DNA of 36,009 nucleotides from an uncultured Candidatus Bathyarchaeia archaeon (GCA_964529995.1 CAZGZF010000003.1:1-36009); one strand, 5' to 3'. Shown: positions 22,779 to 32,896, counted from the stretch's first letter. A program made the numbers and translations. The notes: generated by a model not told the origin, from the sequence alone.

Positions 22779-23765
22779 TTGAAAGCATTCGCAGTTGCAC
22801 CTGCCAAGGTTATTCTAACAGGGGAACACTTCGTCGTCTACGGAGTATCTGCGATCGTCGGCGCGGTGAATATCCACTCGAGGGCAACCGTTTCTTGGAG
22901 GCGCGACGGGAGGATTGCGGCGACATCTTCTCCTGTACGCTATGCTGCGTCTTTCGTTGATGAACATTCTAACGCCTTGCAGGGAGGAAGGGCCGCTCAA
23001 ACATTGCTGCAGCCGATATGCCGCGCGGCTCTCAGTGTCCTCGAGCAATTTGCCTCTAGGCGGCAAGGTCTGAACGTTCATATACATTCGGACATACCGG
23101 TCGGTGTCGGACTCGGCTCCTCAGCCGCTGTGGCCGTTTCTACAATAGCTGCTACGATGAGACTCCTTCGCCGAAAGCTGAATCGTGAAGTGATAATACG
23201 ATTAGCATTTGACTCTGAACGCCTGGTTCATGGCATTCCTTCAGGGATAGATCAGACAATCTCAACGTTTGGAGGAGTGATAATCTACAAGAAGGAGAAG
23301 CCCTTTCAACGTTTGCCTCTCAGACATGGTTTTCCCATAATCGTCGGGAACACAGGCAGGATAAGATCAACAGGCACGATAGTTTCCAAGGTCAGAGCCT
23401 TTCTCGCCGAGAGAGACAGGCTTGCCCAACAGATCATGAGATCAGCGGAAAGCATCTCAAGAAGGGCTTCGGCGGCTTTGCGGCGAGGAGACATAAGGAA
23501 GCTTGGGGAATTGATGAACCAAAATCATGAGCTCTTGCGTCAGATCGAGGTGTCAACAAGGCAGCTTGACCGTCTCGTCATGGCGGCGCAAGAAGCAGGT
23601 GCGTTCGGAGCCAAACTCACAGGTGCGGGCGGAGGAGGCTGCATGATTGCGGTCGTGTCTCCTGATCACACAAGGAATGTCATGCAAGCGATAAAAGCCG
23701 CCGGAGGAACACCATACCTAGTCAATGTGGAGGAAAAAGGGGTAAGGGCTTGGTTACTCCGCTGA
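22779..23765 (+). CDS. mvk: Mevalonate kinase (GHMP family)
   Basis: PAKVILTGEH.VVYG, P.G.GLGSSAA, HG.PSGID, GAKLTGAGGGGC. Confidence 0.94.
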   Translation: MKAFAVAPAKVILTGEHFVVYGVSAIVGAVNIHSRATVSWRRDGRIAATSSPVRYAASFVDEHSNALQGGRAAQTLLQPICRAALSVLEQFASRRQGLNVHIHSDIPVGVGLGSSAAVAVSTIAATMRLLRRKLNREVIIRLAFDSERLVHGIPSGIDQTISTFGGVIIYKKEKPFQRLPLRHGFPIIVGNTGRIRSTGTIVSKVRAFLAERDRLAQQIMRSAESISRRASAALRRGDIRKLGELMNQNHELLRQIEVSTRQLDRLVMAAQEAGAFGAKLTGAGGGGCMIAVVSPDHTRNVMQAIKAAGGTPYLVNVEEKGVRAWLLR

Positions 23766-24544
23766 CTGTGCTAAAGCTCGGTGGCTCAGTCATAACGAAC
23801 AAGAAGAAGAAGTCCACACCTTCCAACAGAACAATCTCGCAAATCATGAAAGAAATCAGCCCGGACATAGCAGGATCACTTGTAATCGTCCATGGGGGAG
23901 GATCGTACGGCCATCACTTAGCCAAGCACTACCGACTTTCAGAGGGCTACAGAGATCAGTCTCAGATACTTGGGTTCGTCAAGACAAGACAGTCAATGAT
24001 GGAACTGAACAAGATCATTCTCCACTCAGCCATCGAGAATGGGTTGCCGTGCGTCTCCCTCCAACCATCTGCCTTCGTGGAGACAAAGAACAAGCGGATA
24101 GAGAAGATAGATACCCACATCATAGCTGACCTTCTGAAACTGCGCATGATTCCCTTGCTATTCGGAGATGTAGTACTAGACCAAAAGCTGGGATTCTGCG
24201 TTCTGTCAGGCGATCAGCTCGTCTCGAGACTTGCCACCGAGCTAGAGGCCAAGCAAATAGTTCTGACAGTCGATGTCGTTGGAGTCTTTGATTCTGATCC
24301 AAGGATAGACCGCAAGGCAAGGCTTATGGAGAAGATGGCAGCAGCGGACATCAAGAAGTTGATTCAAAAAAGAGGAAAGAGCACCCAGCATCCGGACGTC
24401 ACAGGCGAAATGACGGGAAAACTAAGAGAGATGCTTCCAGCGCTCAAGAAGGGAACGCGAGTCATTATCTTGAACGGACGGGTTCCAGGGCGACTGTCAG
24501 AAGCGCTAAGCGGCAAGACACCGGTAGGCACAGTCATTGAGTAG
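23750..24544 (+). CDS. ipk: Isopentenyl phosphate kinase
   Basis: LKLGGSVIT.K, HGGGSYGH, SGD, DVTG.M.GK; located between mvk and fni. Confidence 0.9.
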   Translation: MVTPLTVLKLGGSVITNKKKKSTPSNRTISQIMKEISPDIAGSLVIVHGGGSYGHHLAKHYRLSEGYRDQSQILGFVKTRQSMMELNKIILHSAIENGLPCVSLQPSAFVETKNKRIEKIDTHIIADLLKLRMIPLLFGDVVLDQKLGFCVLSGDQLVSRLATELEAKQIVLTVDVVGVFDSDPRIDRKARLMEKMAAADIKKLIQKRGKSTQHPDVTGEMTGKLREMLPALKKGTRVIILNGRVPGRLSEALSGKTPVGTVIE

Positions 24545-24553
24545 TGACGTGAA

Positions 24554-25642
24554 ATGACTGGACCTCTCATATCGCACAGGAAGGCCGATCATATCAAGAT
24601 CTGTAGTACAAAAAATGTCGAGTCGGAAAGACCCACTGGATTCGAAGACATACATATTGTTCATCGGTCAGTTCCCGAGATAGATATGACGGAGATAGAT
24701 ACCTCATCCACCTTCTTCGGACATAGGTTGTCTCTACCTCTTCTAATAGAAGCGATAACAGGAGGAACTCATCCTGCTAGACAGATTAACCGGAGGCTCG
24801 CGGAGGCCGCGCAGAGTCTCCAAGTGGCGATGGGAGTAGGCAGCCAGAGAATTGCTCTCGAGAATTCGGCTTTTGAAGCCAGCTTTCGAATTGTCCGCGA
24901 AGCCGCACCCGATGCCTTCCTGATCGCAAACATAGGAGCCCCACAACTCGCGATGGGTTACGGACCTGAAGAGGCAAGAAAGGCTGTAGAAATGATCTCC
25001 GCCAATGCCTTGGCGATTCATGTGAATGTGGTCCAGGAATCTGTACAGCCAGAAGGAGAACCCCTAGCCAAAGGCGTTGTTGGGAAGATAAGGGAGATAG
25101 TGAGGGAGGTTGACGTGCCAGTAATCGTGAAGGAAACAGGGGCAGGAATATCGGGAGAGGACGCGGCAAGACTTGAGTCGGCTGGAGTCTCAGCCGTTGA
25201 CGTTGCAGGAGTTGGCGGAACAGACTGGGCGAGGGTCGAAAGTTACAGAGAGGGTCTCGCTAAGAAGCCATCTAGAAGCCGAATCTTCTGTGGATGGGGC
25301 ATTCCGACGGCAGCGAGCCTTGTTGAGGTAACGCAGTCCACGAAATTGACAGCGATAGCCTCGGGAGGCATCAGGGACGGGCTGCAGGTGGCTAAGGCGA
25401 TAGCGCTGGGCGCAGCCGCAGCTGGTCTTGCAAGGCCTCTACTCAAACCGGCTATGAGGAGTTCCCGAGAGGTGGAGAAGAGGATTGGCATCATACACAG
25501 AGAGTTGAGGACGGCGATGTTTCTGACGGGCTCAAAGACAGTGGGCGATTTGCAGAAGGCGCCCGTGGTTGTTGTTGGCAATACGCATCATTGGTTGACC
25601 CAGAGAGGATTCGATACGGCAAGATATGCGAGAAGGAACTGA
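24554..25642 (+). CDS. fni: Type 2 (FMN-dependent) isopentenyl-diphosphate delta-isomerase
   Basis: RKADHI, AITGG, GVGSQR, H.N..QE..QPEG, KETG.G, GGT.W, SGGIR.G. Confidence 0.96.
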   Translation: MTGPLISHRKADHIKICSTKNVESERPTGFEDIHIVHRSVPEIDMTEIDTSSTFFGHRLSLPLLIEAITGGTHPARQINRRLAEAAQSLQVAMGVGSQRIALENSAFEASFRIVREAAPDAFLIANIGAPQLAMGYGPEEARKAVEMISANALAIHVNVVQESVQPEGEPLAKGVVGKIREIVREVDVPVIVKETGAGISGEDAARLESAGVSAVDVAGVGGTDWARVESYREGLAKKPSRSRIFCGWGIPTAASLVEVTQSTKLTAIASGGIRDGLQVAKAIALGAAAAGLARPLLKPAMRSSREVEKRIGIIHRELRTAMFLTGSKTVGDLQKAPVVVVGNTHHWLTQRGFDTARYARRN

Positions 25643-25643
25643 A

Positions 25644-26642
25644 ATGGTCACATTGCAGGAAGAGCTCCAGAGAATAGGAAGGCTAGTCGACGACTATCTG
25701 GCACCACACTTGAGTCGGCCGGACCCTCCACGCCTATGGAAGGCGGCTCACCATCTACCTAAGGCAGGAGGCAAAAGGCTCCGACCTTTTCTCACCATAA
25801 ATGTCTGCAAGGCCTTGGGCGGCGAAGAGGAGGACGCCCTTCCCCCAGCTGCTGCGGTTGAATTGATTCAAACCTTCTCGTTGATCCACGATGACATAAT
25901 CGACAGAGACGATACGCGAAGAGGCGTCCCAACAGTTCACAAGAAATGGGGCATCCCGACAGCTATTGTGACAGGAGATCTCCTTCACGTCAAAGTGTAT
26001 GATGTCATCACAAAGGCGGCGATGAACAATCAGAGGCTGATGAAGACCCTCCCTCATATTCTCGATGAGATTAACGAGTCCACCATCAAGGTATGTGAGG
26101 GCCAAGAACTGGATGAACAGCTTGAGAAGAAGACTGAGCCAACAGAAGAAGAGTATTTCGATATGATCTCAAAGAAGACAGCTTCTCTCTTCGAGGTCTC
26201 CACAACAACGGGCGCTCTGGTCGCAGAATCGGATCCTCAAGCCATCAAGTCGGCAAGAAGTTTCGGTCACCTGCTTGGGATGTCATTCCAAATAGTAGAC
26301 GACATACTTGGCCTGACAGCCGACGAGAAGGAGCTCGGTAAGCCAGTCGGAAGTGACATTCGAGAAGGCAAGCGAACACTGCAGGTGATCTGCGCCCTGA
26401 ACAAGGGATCAAGCCAACAGAGAAGAGCGATCTTCAGAGCTCTAGGAAAGAGGAAAGCATCCAGCCGAGAATACCTGGCAGCAGTGAGGGCGATAGTCTC
26501 AACGGGCGCTTTAGAATACTCGAAGAGGAAAGCAGAAGAATACGGTGACGGGGCGCGGAAGGCCCTGCTCTCAATTCCGGAATCAGATGAGAGAAGACTC
26601 CTTGACGAAGCCTTACAGTTCATCTTAAGGAGAAGATACTAG
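25644..26642 (+). CDS. idsA: Polyprenyl diphosphate synthase, likely GGPP synthase
   Basis: GGKRLRP; FARM DDIID with Phe at -5 (short-chain C20 type); GQ.LD, KKTA, SARM DDILG, GSDIREGK; start ATG25644 or 25626. Confidence 0.92.
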   Translation: MVTLQEELQRIGRLVDDYLAPHLSRPDPPRLWKAAHHLPKAGGKRLRPFLTINVCKALGGEEEDALPPAAAVELIQTFSLIHDDIIDRDDTRRGVPTVHKKWGIPTAIVTGDLLHVKVYDVITKAAMNNQRLMKTLPHILDEINESTIKVCEGQELDEQLEKKTEPTEEEYFDMISKKTASLFEVSTTTGALVAESDPQAIKSARSFGHLLGMSFQIVDDILGLTADEKELGKPVGSDIREGKRTLQVICALNKGSSQQRRAIFRALGKRKASSREYLAAVRAIVSTGALEYSKRKAEEYGDGARKALLSIPESDERRLLDEALQFILRRRY

Positions 26643-26881
26643 CATTCCATGGGCTTCCCCTCCAACGCCTCTGACGTTGAACAGGTATTGAACGTGATCC
26701 TACGCTTCAGGCAAGGCACATAGGTCCTCCACACTTTAGCCCCAGTACCAAGTCACTTCCAGCAGCATCTTGCGCGAACTGCTTCTGTTTGGCTGCCAGT
26801 TGAACGCGGTCTAGTCGTCAATAACAGATATAGTCACGTTCCACAAATCGTATGGCTACGAAGAGTTGTCACGGTGGGATA

Positions 26882-28147
26882 TTGACGAGAACATCTGAAA
26901 TCTCGGGTTTCTACAGGCTCACACCAGAGCAGAGGCTTAGAGAAGTGCAGGAATTCGCTGGTTTAACAGACGAAGAGACCAAGATGCTAGGGTCAGGTCA
27001 GGCTCTCACCCTGACCCAGGCCAACCGAATGATTGAAAACGTCGTGGGACTCTTTCAGATGCCTTTCGGCATTGCAAACAATTTTCTCATAAACGGCAAG
27101 GATCGACTCATACCAATGGTCATCGAAGAACCGTCTGTCGTCGCAGCAGCCAGCAACGGAGCCAAGATGGCGAGAGTCAAAGGAGGATTTACAGCAACAT
27201 CGACTCCCCCCCTTATGATCGGTCAGATCCAAGTCACCAACCTGCCGAACCCGAAAAGCGCAGCTCTCAAGGTGTTGTCCCAAAAGGAGAAGATTCTGGC
27301 CAGGGCGAACGAGCAGGACCCGGTGCTTGTGTCCCTCGGAGGAGGAGCAAAGGACCTGGAAGCAAGAGTGATAGAGACTAGAGCCGGCCCGATGGTTATC
27401 GTCGAACTTCTTGTGGACTGCAGAGACGTTGCTGGCATGAACGCTGTCGACACAATGGTAGAAACCGTTGCTCCCTTCGTGGAGGATTTGGCAGGAGGCC
27501 GCGTCTATCTGCGCATAATATCCAACCTTGCCACACGAAGACTTGCGAGAGCTGAGTGTCTCGTAGCCAAAGAGGCAGTAGGCGGTGACGAAGTCGTTGA
27601 TGGCATCATCAAAGCCCAAGCGTTCGCTGAATCCGACATCTATCGATGTGCAACCCACAACAAGGGCACAATGAACGGAATCATCGCAGTTGTTCAAGCA
27701 ACTGGAAATGATCATCGAGCCATCGAGGCGGGCGCCCATGCCTACGCGTGTCGAACCGGGCGGTACTTGCCGTTGACAACATGGGATAAGAATGCCCAAG
27801 GAAACTTGGTTGGAACCATTGAACTCCCGATGGCCGTGGGCACCATCGGAGGCGTGACAAAGTCAAGCCCACTTTTCCAAATAGCTCTCAAGATACTGGG
27901 AGTCAAGACCTCCAGAGAGTTAGCCGAGGTCATAGCATCAGTGGGTCTAGCGCAGAACTTGGCCGCCCTACGCGCCTTGGTAGCAGAAGGAATTCAGAGA
28001 GGCCACATGAAGCTCCACGCTCGAAACATGGCGATGAGTGCTGGTGCAAGAGGGGAGCTCATCGATCTGGTCGCGGCCAAGATGGTTGAGGAAGGAAAGA
28101 TCAGAGAGGACCGCGCAAGAGAACTAGTCAAAGAACTAGCCAAGTGA
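26882..28147 (+). CDS. mvaA: Class II (degradative/bacterial-type) HMG-CoA reductase
   Basis: ENVVG, EEPSVVAA, MIGQIQ, RIISNLA, ATHNKG, GND.RAIEAG, GLAQN, EGIQRGHMKLH; start TTG26882 or ATG26852. Confidence 0.9.
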   Translation: MTRTSEISGFYRLTPEQRLREVQEFAGLTDEETKMLGSGQALTLTQANRMIENVVGLFQMPFGIANNFLINGKDRLIPMVIEEPSVVAAASNGAKMARVKGGFTATSTPPLMIGQIQVTNLPNPKSAALKVLSQKEKILARANEQDPVLVSLGGGAKDLEARVIETRAGPMVIVELLVDCRDVAGMNAVDTMVETVAPFVEDLAGGRVYLRIISNLATRRLARAECLVAKEAVGGDEVVDGIIKAQAFAESDIYRCATHNKGTMNGIIAVVQATGNDHRAIEAGAHAYACRTGRYLPLTTWDKNAQGNLVGTIELPMAVGTIGGVTKSSPLFQIALKILGVKTSRELAEVIASVGLAQNLAALRALVAEGIQRGHMKLHARNMAMSAGARGELIDLVAAKMVEEGKIREDRARELVKELAK

Positions 28148-28160
28148 CCGCGTCGTATTG

Positions 28161-28487
28161 TCAGGGCAGATCGTCTCTGGCCTCTGCCCTTCTTATCTTT
28201 GGAAGCACTTCCTTCTCCATCCAATCCGAGATCGTGTCATGGAGTTTGCGGTAGTATTTCTTCGTCGCATGTTTGATCAGACCAAGGTTCTCCATCTTGT
28301 TGAGGTATCGCCACTTCATGCTTCGAGATATCTTGTCCCCCATCAATCTGTCAATATCGAGCCTCTTGAAGACTCTTGGCAGACGAGCAAAGGTGCCCAC
28401 AATTTCGTGTGGAAAAGCAGTTATGGCATCTCTTGAGAGCTTTCGTTTGCCCCGTGAGCCCCTTCGCTCAGGTGCCTTCTCCTTCAT
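28161..28487 (-). CDS. Small basic hypothetical protein, possible winged-helix DNA-binding protein
   Basis: 108 aa filling the gap between flanking genes; K/R rich; SRSMKWRYLNKMENLGLIKH..KKYY resembles a recognition helix plus wing. Confidence 0.55.
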   Translation of the reverse strand: MKEKAPERRGSRGKRKLSRDAITAFPHEIVGTFARLPRVFKRLDIDRLMGDKISRSMKWRYLNKMENLGLIKHATKKYYRKLHDTISDWMEKEVLPKIRRAEARDDLP

Positions 28488-28693
28488 TCGACGTAGCTTC
28501 CGTATAAACCAAGGTCACAAGTAATAAAACGCTTTCTGGGCACCAAGAATCTCTCGTCTAACGAACGGAACATGAATTCCTATGAGAATTCCGACGCGGC
28601 TTAAATAGACATCCCAGACCATTACAGTCAGGACGACTGTTAACACAGGAGGACGTATTATCAGGCGACTTTCGACGTTCAGGAAGGAATCAT

Positions 28694-30499
28694 TTGAGAG
28701 AAGAGGATCTCGATCCGTTAGCCAAAGCCACAAAGTACTACAACATAGTTCGAAGGTTGAGTTTTCCGTCATCAGGAGAAATTCTCGTCGAGATAATCCT
28801 AACGGCCACGGTTGGCTGCGGAGTTTCCTTCCTGCTTGCGACACTAACAATTGTCGACTTCGTTTCGGGCTGTCTGATTGGGATCATAGCCTTCGCGCTT
28901 CCCTCGATTTTGACAGAAGCGGCATTGTCGAAACTCGTACTAGGGAATGATCCACTCTTCTATCTTAGACGATGCTTAGCCCTCTCGCTCGTCCTAAACT
29001 GTGTTTGGATTCTCTTCCTCTTGGCGGGGGGAGCCCTATCCAGGGTGGTCCCAGGTTTTCCACAGAAATCGTTCCTTCTGGGAATGGCTTGCGCATACTC
29101 GCTGAGAGCCTTTGCGATCTTCTCTATATCAGAATGCAGTTTCGAAAGAAGATTTGCAGCTGTTGTGGCGCAACCTCTTGCCTGTACCACAAGCGCACTG
29201 ATTCTTCTCAGATTGCCGCCCGCTGAGACAGCCCTCCTATTGACAGTTGCTGCGACAGTCTCGCCTATTCTCCTCTATCCTCTGCTGACAATCATCGAGA
29301 GAAGGGGAAAGAAGACGATCGGGATTTCCCTCATTACCCTATTCAGAGCCCTTCTCGCCGTTTTTCTTGACATGCGGAATGAACACTTGGAGAAGCGTCT
29401 GGAGGAACTTGGCTCTGTCGAGAAGATTGGCATAAGCGTCCTCATGTTCAAGAGTATGGCAAGCTCAAGAACAAAAGCCGTGATCGTCGTGTCAGACTTC
29501 CATCCTGGGCCTTTTCTGAACGTCGGTAGTAGCCTACTTCCAATGCTGATTCAGAACATGGTCGAGTCAGAGACTGGTGCGACGGGGATGATCCCCCACG
29601 GGGTTTCTGGTCACGAACGCAACATAGTGTCTCAATCAGAGAATCAAAAAGTAGTCGAGCAGGTGAAGAGACTCTTGGTGAACGGCCAAAGGGCAGCAAC
29701 TGCCTCCACAATGATTCGTGCATCGACAGGGAGTGCCGGTGCCACATGTCAATCATTTGGAAAGTATGCTATGGTCACCCTTACGATATCGCCTAAAGAT
29801 ATGGAGGACGTACCCCAAGAAGTATCACTCGCGCTTCAAGGTGAACTTCTCGCGTTCGAGCACTTAGCTTTGATAGACAGCCACAATTGCATAGACAAAC
29901 TCAAACCCATAACCGCCCAAGACTCCAGCGACCTGATCACATCAGGCAGGAACGCCATCCAGAAAGCAGCACGTGAAGAGCAACAGGGCTTCAAAGTCGG
30001 GGCGAGCAAGGCGAAACTGACAGAGTTCACTTTAGATCAAGGCATAGGCCCATGCGGGCTCTCGGTCATAGTGATTGATGTTGGCGGGTCTCTTTCGGCA
30101 TACGTCACAGTCGACGGCAATAACATGAGGCCAGGGCTTCGAGACAGAACTCTTGAGATGATTGGACAGATCGGCATCCCCAGAGCTGAGGTCATGACCA
30201 CCGACAATCACATGGTCAGTGGAAGGGTTTCAACAAGACTAGGCTACCACCCAGTCGGCGAAGCCATCGATGAGAAATTGCTTCTATCACGCGTTGAGAC
30301 GGCAGTCAAAGCAGCCCTCGATGATCTGGAAGACTCAGAGGCAGAGTGGAACTCCGGAGACCTTTCCGTGAAGACTTTGGGAAGAGAGAGCTTCGAGAGA
30401 CTCACAGAACTCATTCGAGATATGTCGAAACTCGTCGCATACTGGCTACCAGTGATGGTTCTGATTCCTGTTCTGCTTGCGATGGCCGTTCTGCGTTAA
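28694..30499 (+). CDS. DUF2070 family archaeal membrane protein
   Basis: About six N-terminal TMs, then HPGPF.NVGSS.LP, H...GHE, DSHN, DGNN, TTDNH motifs and a C-terminal TM. Confidence 0.85.
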   Translation: MREEDLDPLAKATKYYNIVRRLSFPSSGEILVEIILTATVGCGVSFLLATLTIVDFVSGCLIGIIAFALPSILTEAALSKLVLGNDPLFYLRRCLALSLVLNCVWILFLLAGGALSRVVPGFPQKSFLLGMACAYSLRAFAIFSISECSFERRFAAVVAQPLACTTSALILLRLPPAETALLLTVAATVSPILLYPLLTIIERRGKKTIGISLITLFRALLAVFLDMRNEHLEKRLEELGSVEKIGISVLMFKSMASSRTKAVIVVSDFHPGPFLNVGSSLLPMLIQNMVESETGATGMIPHGVSGHERNIVSQSENQKVVEQVKRLLVNGQRAATASTMIRASTGSAGATCQSFGKYAMVTLTISPKDMEDVPQEVSLALQGELLAFEHLALIDSHNCIDKLKPITAQDSSDLITSGRNAIQKAAREEQQGFKVGASKAKLTEFTLDQGIGPCGLSVIVIDVGGSLSAYVTVDGNNMRPGLRDRTLEMIGQIGIPRAEVMTTDNHMVSGRVSTRLGYHPVGEAIDEKLLLSRVETAVKAALDDLEDSEAEWNSGDLSVKTLGRESFERLTELIRDMSKLVAYWLPVMVLIPVLLAMAVLR

Positions 30500-30668
30500 G
30501 CTGGGCAAGAAAACAGCTCGAACAGCCATTTTAACGCACGTTCTTGACCTAGCCCAGCTGTGCTTGATTGATGCTCACACAAAAAGATCTATGAAAGACT
30601 GCTGCGACGAGAATAGAGAGAAGGAAGGCGAGTTAGCCTTCGGCGTCCCATGAGGCTGGTTCACCTCA

Positions 30669-32414
30669 ATGAGTCCAACCAATGAGGTCGATTCGCGGGT
30701 TCGGAGGGCAGCCTTGCTCAACGCCTTCAGACATGGCGGAAAGGCCGAAACCAGCGCCGTCATCGGTAGAGTCCTCGCAGAAAGACCAGACCTAAAGCCT
30801 ACGATCAGAGAATTGGCACGGACCTGCAGTCAAATCGTGGACGAAATCAACCAGCTCTCACCGTCAGATCAGAAGAGAATCTTGGAGCAGGATTGGCCTG
30901 ACCTATTGTTGGAGGAGAAACGATTGGAAGAGCGGATACTGCCCCCACTTCCAAACGTGGAGGAATATGCACAAGTGGTGACGCGGTTCTCTCCTAACCC
31001 TGATTGCGTTCTTCATTTGGGCTCAACGAGAGCGATAATTCTCAGCCACGAATACGCTCGCATGTATGACGGCAGGTTTGTGCTTCGCTTCGAGGATACG
31101 GACCCTCGCTTGAAGAGACCGAGATTGGAGTTCTATGACCTGATTGAGCAAGATATCCTGTGGCTCGGCTGTAAGTGGGATGAGAAAGTCATTCAAAGCG
31201 ACAGGATGGAGCTCTATTACGAGTGTGCCAAGAAACTTCTGGAGACCGGCGGGGCGTATGTGTGCACCTGCAGTAGGGAAGACTTTAGGAATTCGGCGCT
31301 AGCATCGAAGGCGTGTCAAGATCGAAACCTCAAGGCTTCGGAGCATCTGGCCCGATGGGAAAAAATGCTCAATGGAACGTACTCTGAGAAAGAAGCACTC
31401 ATCCGGATGAAGACCGATCTCAACCATCCGAACCCCGCCGTGAGAGACTGGCCAGCCCTGCGAATAATAGACACTGAGAAGAGTCCACACCCAAGGGTTG
31501 GCAGCAGATATAGGGTCTGGCCTCTGTACAACATGGCGTGCGGCGTAGATGATCATCTTCTTGGAATATCTCACGTCATTCGAGGGAAGGAACACTTGAC
31601 GAATGAGGTCCGTCAAAGGTTCATGTACAATAATCTTGGATGGAAATATCCGGAAACCTTGCATTATGGAAGATTGAAAGTGATAGGTGCAGAGTTGAGC
31701 AAGTCCAAGATCATAAAGCTCGTTGAGGAAAAGGCAGTATCGGGGTTCAGTGATCCCAGACTTGCCACACTATCCGCCCTCAGGAGAAGAGGAATTGTAC
31801 CTGACACCTTGAGACATCTGATTATCGAGATTGGACCAAGACCTGTAGATGCGACTCTCAGCTGGAAGAACATCTACGCAATCAACAGGAAGATAGTTGA
31901 TGACAAGGCAAACCGCTTCTTCTATCTCAAAGATCCTGTTCGCATGGTTGTCGAAGGGGTAGATAGGACGTATGTCTCAAGGCCCGCTCTGCACCCTGAC
32001 CACACGGAAAGAGGAAGGCGATCCCTCGAAGTCAGACCTATGGGTGGAAAGGCAAGCATTCTAATCTCTTCCCAAGACTCACAAAAACTGGAGAGAGGCA
32101 AGTTGATCCGATTGATGGAGTTGTTCAATGTTGAGGTTACCTCAGCAAGGGCAGACCTCGTCGAGGCTGTGTTTAGAAGTGAGGATTACGAAGGTGCACG
32201 AAAGATTGGAGCTCCTCTGATCCAATGGTTGCCTATGGAGAATAATGTGCCCGTGGATCTCGTCATGGCAGATGGAGAAGCCATGAAGGGGCTTGGGGAG
32301 AAAATGCTCTCCCAGGTTGTTGTGGGGGAAATAGTGCAACTAGTCAGGGTTGGATTCGGAAGGGTAGACAGGCAATCTGCTGACCGAGTTGAGATCTTCT
32401 TCGCTCACAGTTGA
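30669..32414 (+). CDS. gltX: Glutamate--tRNA ligase (archaeal type)
   Basis: AALLNA..H.GKA, TRFSPNP...HLGS, RFEDTDP, WPLYN, RGKEH, LSKS, DPRL.T. Confidence 0.97.
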   Translation: MSPTNEVDSRVRRAALLNAFRHGGKAETSAVIGRVLAERPDLKPTIRELARTCSQIVDEINQLSPSDQKRILEQDWPDLLLEEKRLEERILPPLPNVEEYAQVVTRFSPNPDCVLHLGSTRAIILSHEYARMYDGRFVLRFEDTDPRLKRPRLEFYDLIEQDILWLGCKWDEKVIQSDRMELYYECAKKLLETGGAYVCTCSREDFRNSALASKACQDRNLKASEHLARWEKMLNGTYSEKEALIRMKTDLNHPNPAVRDWPALRIIDTEKSPHPRVGSRYRVWPLYNMACGVDDHLLGISHVIRGKEHLTNEVRQRFMYNNLGWKYPETLHYGRLKVIGAELSKSKIIKLVEEKAVSGFSDPRLATLSALRRRGIVPDTLRHLIIEIGPRPVDATLSWKNIYAINRKIVDDKANRFFYLKDPVRMVVEGVDRTYVSRPALHPDHTERGRRSLEVRPMGGKASILISSQDSQKLERGKLIRLMELFNVEVTSARADLVEAVFRSEDYEGARKIGAPLIQWLPMENNVPVDLVMADGEAMKGLGEKMLSQVVVGEIVQLVRVGFGRVDRQSADRVEIFFAHS

Positions 32415-32506
32415 TGACGTCGAAGAGTTGATGTCTCGTCATCGAAACATTCATTAAAAGGAGTCTTTTCGGATAGGGTAAGTTTCAAGCGTATGCGGGT
32501 GAAAAA

Positions 32507-32896
32507 ATGCCCAAGGCTTTCTACGTAAAGTTTGACGTTCCGAAGGATATTGCTGAAAAGGCTTACCAGCTCGTTCAAGTCGCAAGGGACTCAGGGAAAC
32601 TACGGAAGGGGACCAACGAGACAACGAAGGCTGTGGAGAGAGGTGTAGCTAAGCTAGTTCTGATTGCGGAAGATGTCGACCCGCCTCAAATCGTTGCTCA
32701 CCTGCCGATACTCTGCGATGAGAGGAAAATACCATACCTCTTCGTTCCTAGCAAGCTCGATCTAGGAAAATCATCCGGCATAGATGTGGGATCCGCTGCG
32801 ATAAGCGTCGTCGAACCAGGCGAAGCCGCCGGCGCTCTCGCCGAGCTTGTGAAAGCAGCCAGCGATCTGAGAAAGTCCGGTGAAGTAAAGAAATGA
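32507..32896 (+). CDS. rpl7ae: Ribosomal protein L7Ae
   Basis: [34 protein letters not shown]; SD GGGTGA upstream. Confidence 0.98.
   Translation: MPKAFYVKFDVPKDIAEKAYQLVQVARDSGKLRKGTNETTKAVERGVAKLVLIAEDVDPPQIVAHLPILCDERKIPYLFVPSKLDLGKSSGIDVGSAAISVVEPGEAAGALAELVKAASDLRKSGEVKK

Noticed and set aside
26725-26757. Minus-strand peptide SDLVLGLKCGG resembling a UxaA dehydratase motif
   Set aside because: Only about 11 residues with no convincing continuation; could be chance
32411-32506. TGATGA box-C-like sequence, hairpin and possible L7Ae autoregulatory K-turn
   Set aside because: No matching CTGA D box and no clear tandem G-A K-turn; the TGA is the gltX stop
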